Positions 16,579-25,863 of a stretch of DNA of 32,000 nucleotides are shown here, one piece after another. Positions within the stretch are counted from its first letter, which is position 1; each line of letters begins with the position of its first letter. The stretch is from positions 540,001-572,000 of the forward strand of contig NZ_CP107255.1 in NCBI RefSeq assembly GCF_029232205.1, written 5' to 3'. The stretch comes from Candidatus Saccharimonadota bacterium. GTDB taxonomy: Archaea; Nanohalarchaeota; Nanosalinia; Nanosalinales; Nanosalinaceae. The notes below the pieces were generated by a model. That model was not told the origin of the DNA. It made no database searches and worked only from the letters and a program-made list of their open reading frames with translations. The translations under genes and the position numbers were made by a program.

Positions 16579-17748
16579 ATGGAATCCGTAAACAACATCA
16601 CAGCAGAAAAAGTAGTTAACGAAGACCCTGTAACGGTCTCGCCAGATATGGCCGTATCCAAAATCAAGACAAGAATGGAGGAAAACAACCTGAGAACAGT
16701 TCCTGTAGTCGACGGAAAGGACAACCTGAAGGGAGCAGTCGGATACAGAGATGTCATCAGACACATCCAGTTCAACCCTCAGAGCACAAAAGTCGGCAAA
16801 GTAATGCATGAACCTCCAAGATTCGAGGAAGGAGACTCTCTAGTAGAGCTCGCAGACCTCAGAATCAACTCAGGCCGCAAGATGCTGGTACTTGAGCAGG
16901 GCGGAAAACTGAAAGGAAAAATCGACGACCAGGAATTCAGAGAGGCCTTCGCAAATGCCAAAGAAATTGAAGACGTCAACACTCGTACAATCGGATCGAA
17001 GGAAGTAATCAGAGTATTCGAAGAGGACAGCATTGAAGAGGCCCGTCACAAAATGCTGGACAACAACATTTCCAGGCTTCCAGTACTTGACGAAAACGGA
17101 AACATGACAGGAATGGTAGACAGCACATCCATCCTGAAAACAATCGTGCCAAAGGAAAGTCCTTCAGCAGGAGGAACATCAGGCCCAACAGGAAAAGAAA
17201 CCAAGATCGCAGGCGGAAACCAGAAACTGAAGATGACAGACATTGACGTCACAGAGGTCATGGACCGGACACCGCTTACACATGAAGGCCACATGCGTGG
17301 AGACGAAGCAATTGAACTGATGAACGACAACGACAGCAGCGAGATCATCATTACAGAAGATGACTATCCTGTCAGCGTCGTAGCAGTAAAGGACTTCATC
17401 GACTACGTGGCAGACTTCCAGATGAGCGACACAATGCTTGTACAGATCACAGGCCTTGAAGTTGCAGAGGAAAAAGCAGTTGTCCACGAGAAAATTGAGA
17501 AAGCAATGAGAGGATCAATCGGCCGCAAAGTCGACAGACCTCAGGACATGACCGTCAGAGTCAAGAAATCAGACAAAGACGGCAAGAAACACAGATACGA
17601 ATTTACAGTCAAACTGGACTGCGAGTACGGCCTGATCACCGCACAGGAAGAAGGATGGGAAATGATGGACGTCCTGGACACAGCACTAGGCGACATCAAC
17701 ACACAGGTCAGAAAGAAAAAGGAGAAACAGGAAGAACACAGAAGATAA
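16579..17748 (+). CDS. Four-CBS-domain protein with a C-terminal HPF/RaiA (S30AE)-like domain
   Basis: It has four CBS repeats (for example LRTVPVVDGKDNLKGAVGYRDVIRHI and ISRLPVLDENGNMTGMVDSTSILKTI). The C-terminal ~100 aa (from about nt 17434), MLVQITGLEV...VRVKKS...HRYEFTVKL...LITAQEEGWEMMDVLDTALGDINTQVRKKKEK, follows the HPF beta-alpha-beta-beta-beta-alpha pattern by eye. Confidence 0.7.
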   Translation: MESVNNITAEKVVNEDPVTVSPDMAVSKIKTRMEENNLRTVPVVDGKDNLKGAVGYRDVIRHIQFNPQSTKVGKVMHEPPRFEEGDSLVELADLRINSGRKMLVLEQGGKLKGKIDDQEFREAFANAKEIEDVNTRTIGSKEVIRVFEEDSIEEARHKMLDNNISRLPVLDENGNMTGMVDSTSILKTIVPKESPSAGGTSGPTGKETKIAGGNQKLKMTDIDVTEVMDRTPLTHEGHMRGDEAIELMNDNDSSEIIITEDDYPVSVVAVKDFIDYVADFQMSDTMLVQITGLEVAEEKAVVHEKIEKAMRGSIGRKVDRPQDMTVRVKKSDKDGKKHRYEFTVKLDCEYGLITAQEEGWEMMDVLDTALGDINTQVRKKKEKQEEHRR

Positions 17749-17767
17749 CTTCCCTCTCCCCCAATTT

Positions 17768-18940
17768 TTATTCTTCTATTCTCTTTAACTCCACAACATT
17801 CACTTCAAGATTCTCGGAAACTCTATTCTGGAAGGCCTGCTCACTGTGATTTCCAACTACAAGGACCCTGACCTTTGAATCATTCAAACTTACAGAGACA
17901 AGATCCTCGCCGAAAAACTCGTTCGCCGCGTTCTCAACATTTTTCTGAACAGTGTAATGCTCCTGACTCTGATACGTAAAGTAGGTCACAGGAACAGACA
18001 CTACAAACATTATCACAATTGCCGCAGTAACAACAGGCCTCAACTTCTCAGCCTCCTTCTTCTTGTAGTAAGTGCTGGGTTTCACACCAAGAACCTTGAA
18101 AGCAGCAAAACCAGCAATAATAATCGATAAAGCATTCTGAAGAGCAATTGAAAGAGACTGAGCCGCAAGAACATAATCATTCAAGTTAAGGCCTACACCA
18201 ACAGCAGCCAGCGGCGGAACCAGTGCAATAGCCACTGCAACACCAGCAATTTGATCACGAAGGCCTGTAGTAAATGTCAGAGCAGCTGCTGCACCGACAA
18301 GAAGCGATAAAAGTATGGTTGGAAGGCCTGGAGACACAATCAAGTTAAGCACCGAGGTCTGGCCCAGCGGTATAACAGTCAATGCTGCTGTAGCTACAAT
18401 TATAGATATTACAATACTTTCAAGGCCTGCGCGCAGAGAACTCTTCAACAAACTTTTGTCGCCGACCGTCAACGATAGGGCTGCGGACACGAAAGGTGAG
18501 AGCATTGGCGCAAGCATCATTGCACCGATAACAACGATAATATTGTCAAGTGCGATTCCGTAGGCCGCGATAGCTGATGAAAGTCCGATTAATCCCCACT
18601 GAGGCCGTGAAAATCCTGAGAATTCCTGGGCCTTGCTGTAAAGTTCTTCCTGAGACAGTTCGGAGCTTGATCCTCTTGTCTTCTGGCCTTTCTGTATAAG
18701 GGATTCCTGTTCAAGAACCCTGATCGATAGATCGCCGACCTCGATATCCTCTATAGACTTCATCTCCTCTGTAAGTTCGTCGATATCGTCGGATTCGACA
18801 GTAGCTGTGAACTCTATTACTTTTTCATCATTTTTCTCGGCCTCTGAAGATGAAATATCCGAAGAATAGTCTTCCAGAACTTCTTCAGCTACATCCTTTG
18901 AATCCCTGGGAACTGTTACCTGTAACTGTCTCACAGCCAA
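17768..18940 (-). CDS. DUF389/TIGR00341-family membrane protein
   Basis: An acidic soluble N-terminal domain is followed by a polytopic region with MLAPMLSPFVSAALSLTVGD, resembling the DUF389 signature. Confidence 0.65.
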   Translation of the reverse strand: MAVRQLQVTVPRDSKDVAEEVLEDYSSDISSSEAEKNDEKVIEFTATVESDDIDELTEEMKSIEDIEVGDLSIRVLEQESLIQKGQKTRGSSSELSQEELYSKAQEFSGFSRPQWGLIGLSSAIAAYGIALDNIIVVIGAMMLAPMLSPFVSAALSLTVGDKSLLKSSLRAGLESIVISIIVATAALTVIPLGQTSVLNLIVSPGLPTILLSLLVGAAAALTFTTGLRDQIAGVAVAIALVPPLAAVGVGLNLNDYVLAAQSLSIALQNALSIIIAGFAAFKVLGVKPSTYYKKKEAEKLRPVVTAAIVIMFVVSVPVTYFTYQSQEHYTVQKNVENAANEFFGEDLVSVSLNDSKVRVLVVGNHSEQAFQNRVSENLEVNVVELKRIEE

Positions 18941-18968
18941 GAATTGTTACATCCAGTATTTATTGGTT

Positions 18969-20771
18969 CTAGTTCCGGACCTTCAGACTTCCTCTCTCAG
19001 CTGCACCAAGAACCCGTCCAGCAAGATCAGACTGCTTCGTCAGGGATATCTCCCCGTTCTTTCCAACGGTAGCCGCGAAAAGAAACTCGTCATCGTCGTA
19101 GATATCGACTTCTTCGCCACTCATATCCTCGCCAACAGCAATGATGACAGAGTTACCTCTCTCCTCAACACTGTAGTCAGTGCTACTCTTCAGAGTCTGG
19201 CCTTTAGGTTCTACTGTAACGTTAAGGCCTAACTCGTCCTCAATCCTGTCGATGTTCTGCCCACCTTTTCCAATAATATGAGCTATATCGTCTTCCGCAA
19301 TCTCTACCTGGATGTGGTTGTCGGAGAGAAACTCTATCCTGGGATTATCGGCGTATTGCTTGAAGTAATGGTTAAGCTGCTCTTTTGCCAGTTTCTGTGT
19401 TCCGGTTTCTTTGCGGCCTCCGGCTGCCTCTGAAACAGGCACAACAACGGTCTCTTCTCCGTAGGTGTAGATCTCGTACTGAGGAGAATCATCTTCAAAC
19501 CTGGAGATCTGGATTACAGGCCTTGCCAAGTCTTCCTCTGTCATTCCTTCAGGAACTTTGACTGTAAGTTCGATCTTGTATACTTCTGCGATCTGGGCGT
19601 CTCTGATGAAGACTACTGTGTCACAGACCTGTGGAATCATTCCGAGCTCTACCCTTCCGATCAGTCTCTGAACAGCATCGACGGCTTCCGAAGCGTGGAC
19701 AACACCGATCATTCCCACTCCTGCCATACGCATGTCGGAGAAAACCTCGAAGTCGTCGGTCTTCCTTACCTCGTCAAACACTGTGTAGTCAGGTCTGGCG
19801 AGAAGCAGAAAGTCGCCGGTGTTCTCCATTGAACCATCCAGGGCCGTATACTGAGTGATATCCTCGGAGACGTCCAGGTCCCTTGGCTTCTCCATGGTCT
19901 TCACTATCTGGCCTTGCTCTCTGTAGTATTCTGCAAGGGCCTGTGAGAAAGTAGATTTACCGTGGCCTGGTGCTCCTGCAACAAGTATTCCCTCGGCCTC
20001 AGTCTTCAAACGGTTGAGAAGTTTCTCACTCATCTCGTAATCATCAAGGGAAACCTTTGCGACAGGCCTGACAGCTGTAATCTCTGCTGCCTCTGAGAAA
20101 GGAGGTCGTGTCATTGCAATCCTGTAAGGGCCAAGCTGGATGACTGTGGCGCCATCTTCCTCCATCTCTACAAGGCCTTCGTCAGAAATTTCTGCTTTCT
20201 CAATAGTCTCATTAATTAGTTCATACATTTTGTCCTTTGTGAGCTTGTCTTTACCTATTTCCTCAAGCTCGAACTCACCTGGTAGACCTCTCTTGGCCTT
20301 CGGAGTTGATCCCTCCTTCAGGTGAACGCTCATAGTTTTATCATCAAAGTAGTCTTCCAGCGAGAACTTGACATCTCTCTCCTTCTCAAATTCTTTGACA
20401 TCTATTCCTTTGGCCCTGGCAACCTTTGCCTGAACCCTGTCAGCAGTATAAAGTGTTGCGCCCATTTCCTCGGCCATATCACGGATCAAGGCATCGATCC
20501 TGCCGGCGTGAGCCATTTCAATTTCCTCTGTAGTAGGTTTGCGGCCCTTAAACTGGAATCCTATGCCTTCTCTCTCGGCCAGCATTCTGATTTCCTTGAT
20601 CTCATCAATTCCCTTGTAACCTGTCTCCTTTCCTTCATTGGCCTGATTCTCCAGCTCGTCAACTACAAATTCGGGAATTATAATCTCTCCTTCTATATCT
20701 CCTTTTTCAATAAGATAGGAGAGTTTTCCGTCGATTATAATAGAGGTGTCAGGCACGATTTTCTGGCTCAT
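18969..20771 (-). CDS. PIN-domain / PilT-like ATPase / KH-domain protein (COG1855 type, conserved archaeal)
   Basis: The N-terminal PIN domain reads IVPDTSIIIDGKLS. The Walker A motif is VAGAPGHGKSTF and the Walker B region is DYTVFDEVR. The C-terminal KH domain reads IAHIIGKGGQNIDRIEDELGLNV. Confidence 0.85.
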   Translation of the reverse strand: MSQKIVPDTSIIIDGKLSYLIEKGDIEGEIIIPEFVVDELENQANEGKETGYKGIDEIKEIRMLAEREGIGFQFKGRKPTTEEIEMAHAGRIDALIRDMAEEMGATLYTADRVQAKVARAKGIDVKEFEKERDVKFSLEDYFDDKTMSVHLKEGSTPKAKRGLPGEFELEEIGKDKLTKDKMYELINETIEKAEISDEGLVEMEEDGATVIQLGPYRIAMTRPPFSEAAEITAVRPVAKVSLDDYEMSEKLLNRLKTEAEGILVAGAPGHGKSTFSQALAEYYREQGQIVKTMEKPRDLDVSEDITQYTALDGSMENTGDFLLLARPDYTVFDEVRKTDDFEVFSDMRMAGVGMIGVVHASEAVDAVQRLIGRVELGMIPQVCDTVVFIRDAQIAEVYKIELTVKVPEGMTEEDLARPVIQISRFEDDSPQYEIYTYGEETVVVPVSEAAGGRKETGTQKLAKEQLNHYFKQYADNPRIEFLSDNHIQVEIAEDDIAHIIGKGGQNIDRIEDELGLNVTVEPKGQTLKSSTDYSVEERGNSVIIAVGEDMSGEEVDIYDDDEFLFAATVGKNGEISLTKQSDLAGRVLGAAERGSLKVRN

Positions 20772-20819
20772 AAATTTCAGACTCTAAGAATAGCTTGTCC
20801 GCTAAGTTTCAAAAATCTG

Positions 20820-21743
20820 TTATTCGGACGGCATATACCGATCCGCAAGTTCAGGGTTTTCAAGATATTCTTCAACAAGGCCTCTATTGCCGTATATATC
20901 CGCATTGTGGATCCCTCTTTCATCAAGCTCCTCCATCATCTGGGCCTTCATCTCTGATGCTAGCTGAAGAGCATCATGCTGATTCTTAACCATTTGATAA
21001 GTATTGTATCCTCTTCCTGTCAGCCTTCGATCGCTTGGATCTCCAGCAATAAGCCCTAGGCCATCCTCTGAGTCGCCATTCCATTTCTTCATCCAGTTAT
21101 ACACTGTTCTCTTCGAAACATCGACTGAATCAGCAATCTCAGCTGCCGAAGGCTCTTCCTCGGCTGCGTAAAGAAAACCTTCCAGAGGAGTAACTTTTTG
21201 CGCGGAACTTCTTCTGCTCAGGCTTCCAACAACGTCAGCAACAAAGTCCTGGGCCTCACGGCTCTCAGGATCCATGCCCTGATTACTGAGAAAGTTATCG
21301 TATTCATTTACGAAAATCTCTCCCTCAACAGTAGTTTCCTCTCCCTCATCACTGGGATAAGTAAGGCCTGAACTTCTGAAATCCTCAAACCATTCTTCCA
21401 CAGTCCCTGGCTTGGCCCCGGTAATCATCTTTGGGTCAATGCCTTTGTTCACGGCCCTGAGAGCTCTGATCTCATTGTATCCCTCATTTCTTCTTGAAGA
21501 ATTATTTCTATTCGATGAATAAACTTCATCCATTATTTCAGTATCTATATCTCGGGCTATTTCTTCTGCAGGCCTGTTTAATGCTCCTTTTGCCAGCCTT
21601 CTCAGAGAATCAATGTTATCGATTGTTTCAACTGTGCCCTGATGATTTCTATCAACCTCCTCTACTTCTTCCGTGCTTAGCTGGTCAAGCCGTGAAATAC
21701 TCTGGTTAATCAGTCTTTGAGGGTCGTCGGCAGATTCTCTCAT
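20820..21743 (-). CDS. Hypothetical acidic protein with a C-proximal helix-turn-helix
   Basis: The HTH-like segment is PSAAEIADSVDVSKRTVYNWMKKW. The start was moved to the ATG at 21743 (MRESADD...), which has a TATA-like TTTATTTAAT about 25-30 bp upstream on the minus strand. The track start at 21827 adds an implausible Cys/His-rich leader. Confidence 0.55.
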   Translation of the reverse strand: MRESADDPQRLINQSISRLDQLSTEEVEEVDRNHQGTVETIDNIDSLRRLAKGALNRPAEEIARDIDTEIMDEVYSSNRNNSSRRNEGYNEIRALRAVNKGIDPKMITGAKPGTVEEWFEDFRSSGLTYPSDEGEETTVEGEIFVNEYDNFLSNQGMDPESREAQDFVADVVGSLSRRSSAQKVTPLEGFLYAAEEEPSAAEIADSVDVSKRTVYNWMKKWNGDSEDGLGLIAGDPSDRRLTGRGYNTYQMVKNQHDALQLASEMKAQMMEELDERGIHNADIYGNRGLVEEYLENPELADRYMPSE

Positions 21744-21878
21744 ATATAGTCGAGTTCTGACGAGTATTAAATAAACACCGATTATGTTGTGACTGTCTGA
21801 TAAACATTCTCGGTGTGTGCACGCCATTCACATGGACAGGTATTTAAGGAATAGGTCAGAAAAACTCTGACAGACAAA

Positions 21879-21925
21879 ACACAACATATCGTGGGGGAGG
21901 GAGAGAATTCTCCCTACATGTTGGG
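21879..21925 (+). promoter_or_regulatory. Two NrdR-box-like palindromes upstream of nrdR-nrdJ
   Basis: Box 1 is ACACAACATATCGTGG (21879-21894). Box 2 is CCCTACATGTTGGG (21912-21925, with 12 of 14 positions symmetric). Their centres are 32 bp apart, which matches the tandem spacing known for bacterial NrdR operators. Confidence 0.55.
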
Positions 21926-21970
21926 CCACACCCAAAATTGATTTCAACCAATCAGAGGCAATTATATCCT

Positions 21971-22411
21971 ATGAAATGCATTTACTGCGACGAAAGTTCG
22001 ACACGAGTGGTGGACACTCGAGAATCAGAAGATAAAGTAAGAAGACGCCGAGAATGCAAGGACTGCGGCAGAAGATTCACCACCTACGAGACAGCAGAGA
22101 AACTGGACCTGACAGTTGTAAAAAGAGATAAAGAGGACGAGAAGTTCCAGGAAGAGAAAGTACGCGAAGGAGTTGAAATCGCAGCCAACAAGACCTCCAT
22201 CACCGACGAAGAAGTAGAGGAAATAGTTGAAAACGTCAAGTCGATGTTGAGAGGCCGAAAAAAGATAGAGGCCGAGAAAATCGGGAAAAAAGTGAAAGAA
22301 GAGCTGCAGAAAAGAGACGAAGTGGCCTATATCCGTTTCACATCAGTTTACGACTCTTTCGATGATGTCGAGTCATTCAAGAAAGAGATTGAGGCCTTGA
22401 AAGAGGACTAA
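21971..22411 (+). CDS. nrdR: Transcriptional repressor NrdR (zinc ribbon + ATP-cone)
   Basis: [38 protein letters not shown] is the NrdR zinc-ribbon signature. [19 protein letters not shown] is the conserved ATP-cone end. The start was set at the ATG at 21971 instead of the track's TTG at 21938. Confidence 0.9.
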   Translation: MKCIYCDESSTRVVDTRESEDKVRRRRECKDCGRRFTTYETAEKLDLTVVKRDKEDEKFQEEKVREGVEIAANKTSITDEEVEEIVENVKSMLRGRKKIEAEKIGKKVKEELQKRDEVAYIRFTSVYDSFDDVESFKKEIEALKED

Positions 22412-22449
22412 ATCATGATTGCGAACCTGTATTACCTTATGGTGTTAAC

Positions 22450-25380
22450 ATGGCAAAACTAGAACAAAAGTCAGACTTTAAGCTACCTGTCAAACGCGTA
22501 AAAGGAGAAACCGTTGAAGAGAGATTAACGGAAAACGCTTACGAGAGGATTCTACCGGCCAGATACCTTCTGAAAGATGAAGAAGGTGAAGTGGTAGAGA
22601 CTCCTGAAGAAATGTTTGAGAGAGTAGCCAAGAACGTTGCACAACCAGACAAAAACTACGATGATGTAGACTTCGATAATTCATGGCAGGAATTCTACGA
22701 CCTGATGACCCATCAGAAATTCATGCCAAACTCCCCAACACTGATGAACGCGGGAGCAGACCTACAGCAGCTATCAGCGTGTTTCGTCGTCCACCCTGAA
22801 GACGACATGGATTCAATTTTCAACAAGGTACACGACGCTGCAAAGATCTTCCAGTCCGGAGGAGGCATGGGATACCCATTCCACCTCATGAGGCCTAAAG
22901 GAGACATAGTATCCTCAACAGGAGGAATCGCATCAGGCCCTCTAAGCTTCCAGCAGGTATTCGACACGATGTGTGGAACAATCAAGCAAGGAGGCAAGAG
23001 AAGAGGCGCACAGATGGGAATCATGAAGATCGACCACCCAGACGTCCTCAGATTCATTGTATCAAAGAGAAAGGAAGGCAATTTATCCAACTTCAACATC
23101 TCAGTCGGCCTCACAGAAGATTTCATGGAAGCCGTCAAAAACGACGAAGAATACACACTGATCAACCCAAGAACCGACGAACCATTCGAAGTAGCAAAAG
23201 AAACAGCACAGTTCTACAACAGCGACGAAGAATGGTATCCACAGGCCGAAGGATCAGACACAGGAAAAGACGACAACTTCTGGAGAGACCACGCATCAAG
23301 CTTCGGAGACGAAATTGAAGACTTCGACATCAACCTCGAACCGGGAGAAGAAATGAAGCTCCCAGCAAGATTCATCTGGGAGACACTGATCGACGGCGCA
23401 TGGAGAAACGGAGAACCAGGCCTCTTCATGTACGACGAAGCCAACGACATGCACAGCTTTGATACAGAAAAACACCCAGAACACAGCATCGAGGCCACAA
23501 ACCCTTGTGGAGAACAGCCGCTTGAAAACTACGAGGCATGCAACCTGGGCCACATCAACCTAAGTCTTCTCGTAGACGACCAGGGAGACGGCTCCGCACT
23601 AAGCTTCCCTGAATGGAAACAGGAGAACTCCGACAGATACGACTTCGAAGACGAAGAAGATCTGAAGGCAGCAATGCAGGAGTACATCCAGGAAGCAGTA
23701 GACATGGAAGAATTCGAATACGTAGCCAAGACAGGCCTGCGTTTCCTCGACAACGTAGTCACAATGTCCGACTTCCCACTGGAAGAAATCGAAGAAACAG
23801 TAACAGACCTCAGAAAAGTAGGCCTCGGACTCATGGGATTCGCACAGATGATGATCCAGCTAGGAATCAGATACGGATCAGACGAATCAGTCGCAGCAGC
23901 AGAAGAAATCCAGCGGTTGATCACACTGTTCTCAGTAGAAGAATCCAACAGACTCGCAGAAGTCAGAGGAGAATTCCCAGAATGGGAGAAATCCAAATGG
24001 GCCAACCCAACAGAATACGAAGAATGGTTTGAACAGTACACAGGAGGCCTAGACCCAGAAAACTTTGAAGACGGCCTTAAGATGAGAAACCACAACACAG
24101 TAACCATCGCACCAACCGGAACAACCTCCATGATCGGAAACACTTCCGGAGGATGTGAACCAATCTTCAGCCTGGCCTACTTCAAGAACGTCGCAAAGGA
24201 CATCCAGGGAGAAGACATGCTCGTCGAATTCGACGACTACTTCATCAAGGCCCTTGAAGCCAACAACGTCGACGTAGAAGAAGTCAAGGAAGCAGCACAG
24301 GAGAAAATGGAGAACAACGAATGGGAAGGAGTAGAATCCATCCCCGACGACGTACTGCCTCAACACGTCAAAGAAATCTTTGCAACAGCCAACCAGGTAA
24401 GTGCAAAGGAACACATTGACATTCAGGCAGCATTCCAGAAACACAACCACAGTGGAATCTCCAAAACCTGCAACTTCCCTAACTCAGCAACCAAGGAAGA
24501 CGTCAGAGAGGCCTACATGAGAGCCTACGAACAAGGCGTCAAAGGCATGACAGTCTACAGAGACGGAACAAGAGAAACACAGGTCATGCAGACCAACAAA
24601 GAAAACCAGCTCACCGACATGGACAAAGTCGACATGCTATCCGAAATCATCAACGAATTCGGAGGAGCAGAAGACCTACTCCAATCCAACGAATTCCAGG
24701 AAGTAGTCGGCGACACAGACCTCGAACTACAGGAAGAAGAACTTTCCAAAGAAGTCACACAGGAAGGAATCCAAGCCGACACAGAAGACACAGGGCAGTC
24801 CACAAACATGGGCGGAGGCCACGGAATCAAGGAAAGACCAAAAGTCGCACAGGGAACCACACAGGAAATAGAAACAGCCTACGGAGACCTGTTCGTCACA
24901 ATCAACAACTCAGAGAACAATGGCCCATTCGAAGTATTCGCCAACCTAGGCAAATCAGGAGGCTACACACAGAGCTTCACACAGGCCCTAGGAAGAATGA
25001 CCAGCCTCGCCCTACGTAGTGGCGCATCAGGCAACGACGTCATCAAACAGCTTGACGACATCCGCTCACCGCAGATTGCATGGGACCAGGGAACACAGAT
25101 CCACTCAGTACCAGACGCAATCGCAGAAGCAATGAAACGCCACCTGGAAAACCACAAAGGTAGCCAGCAGACAGTCGACCAGTTCGAAACACAGACCCAA
25201 AAAACACAGAAAAAAGGCACAACACAGCCAAAAACAGAAACAGAAGAACAGGCCGACAAAGGAGACGCAGCAAGCATCGTCAGCGACGGCGGCAACCCAG
25301 AATGCCCAGACTGCGGAGGAATGCTAGTCCTCCAAGAAGGCTGCAAGAAATGCCCAGACTGCGGATGGTCCAAGTGCTAG
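22450..25380 (+). CDS. nrdJ: Class II (adenosylcobalamin-dependent) ribonucleoside-diphosphate/triphosphate reductase
   Basis: [49 protein letters not shown] and the C-terminal zinc ribbon CPDCGG...CKKCPDCGW are all typical of NrdJ. Confidence 0.92.
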   Translation: MAKLEQKSDFKLPVKRVKGETVEERLTENAYERILPARYLLKDEEGEVVETPEEMFERVAKNVAQPDKNYDDVDFDNSWQEFYDLMTHQKFMPNSPTLMNAGADLQQLSACFVVHPEDDMDSIFNKVHDAAKIFQSGGGMGYPFHLMRPKGDIVSSTGGIASGPLSFQQVFDTMCGTIKQGGKRRGAQMGIMKIDHPDVLRFIVSKRKEGNLSNFNISVGLTEDFMEAVKNDEEYTLINPRTDEPFEVAKETAQFYNSDEEWYPQAEGSDTGKDDNFWRDHASSFGDEIEDFDINLEPGEEMKLPARFIWETLIDGAWRNGEPGLFMYDEANDMHSFDTEKHPEHSIEATNPCGEQPLENYEACNLGHINLSLLVDDQGDGSALSFPEWKQENSDRYDFEDEEDLKAAMQEYIQEAVDMEEFEYVAKTGLRFLDNVVTMSDFPLEEIEETVTDLRKVGLGLMGFAQMMIQLGIRYGSDESVAAAEEIQRLITLFSVEESNRLAEVRGEFPEWEKSKWANPTEYEEWFEQYTGGLDPENFEDGLKMRNHNTVTIAPTGTTSMIGNTSGGCEPIFSLAYFKNVAKDIQGEDMLVEFDDYFIKALEANNVDVEEVKEAAQEKMENNEWEGVESIPDDVLPQHVKEIFATANQVSAKEHIDIQAAFQKHNHSGISKTCNFPNSATKEDVREAYMRAYEQGVKGMTVYRDGTRETQVMQTNKENQLTDMDKVDMLSEIINEFGGAEDLLQSNEFQEVVGDTDLELQEEELSKEVTQEGIQADTEDTGQSTNMGGGHGIKERPKVAQGTTQEIETAYGDLFVTINNSENNGPFEVFANLGKSGGYTQSFTQALGRMTSLALRSGASGNDVIKQLDDIRSPQIAWDQGTQIHSVPDAIAEAMKRHLENHKGSQQTVDQFETQTQKTQKKGTTQPKTETEEQADKGDAASIVSDGGNPECPDCGGMLVLQEGCKKCPDCGWSKC

Positions 25381-25512
25381 GCTTGTTACGCCAAGCCAAT
25401 GCAATAAACCATTCACAGAATGGATTCCAAGTAAAGGCCTGACAGGGAGCCTCTTGATCCCTGTCACCAGCATTTCTTCAATCTAACCGGTTGGAAATGC
25501 TTTCGATAAACC

Positions 25513-25824
25513 ATGTCAGACACGAAAGGACTCGGCCAATACAAACTATTCCACGTCACAGAAATGAACGAAATCCCAACCACAGAAGAAGTAAGAACCC
25601 TGCTAACACCAGGAGAACCAACCGGCGCAGGAACAAAACAAGACACACTAATAGAAACAGAAACAGACTCTGACTACGACGACAAATACCTAGGCCCAGT
25701 CGGCACAACAATAGACTACGACCAACTCGAACAAACACAACTCGACACCGGAGTAAGGCCAGAAACCAAACAAGCAGAAATCACAGCATACAACAACTCA
25801 AAAGTTGGAGCAGCTTCTGATTGA
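25513..25824 (+). CDS. Hypothetical small acidic T/E/D-rich protein, probably disordered
   Basis: This is a 103-aa ORF with host-like composition. No motif was recognised. Confidence 0.35.
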   Translation: MSDTKGLGQYKLFHVTEMNEIPTTEEVRTLLTPGEPTGAGTKQDTLIETETDSDYDDKYLGPVGTTIDYDQLEQTQLDTGVRPETKQAEITAYNNSKVGAASD

Positions 25825-25863
25825 GGAGTACTCCTAAAACTTTACTCTTTCTAAAGTGATTCT

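Noticed and set aside
20322-20957. A 211-aa plus-strand ORF.
   Set aside because: It is antisense to the strongly supported PIN-ATPase-KH gene and to the 3' end of the HTH protein gene. It is hydrophobic and low-complexity with no motifs, and looks like a shadow ORF of an acidic-protein gene.
22971-24143. Several 100-200-aa ORFs inside nrdJ: two Arg-rich plus-strand alternative frames (22971-23318 and 23613-24032) and Ser-rich minus-strand frames.
   Set aside because: These are typical shadow frames of a GA-rich acidic coding sequence. The NrdJ frame carries all the conserved catalytic blocks.
24560-24850. A possible intein or insertion in NrdJ, suggested by the acidic low-complexity stretch QTNKENQL...[10 protein letters not shown].
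   Set aside because: There are no intein splice-junction or endonuclease motifs (no Cys/Ser-...-His-Asn-Cys/Ser/Thr boundaries). It reads as an acidic linker before the conserved C-terminal domain, and the total length of 976 aa is normal for archaeal NrdJ.
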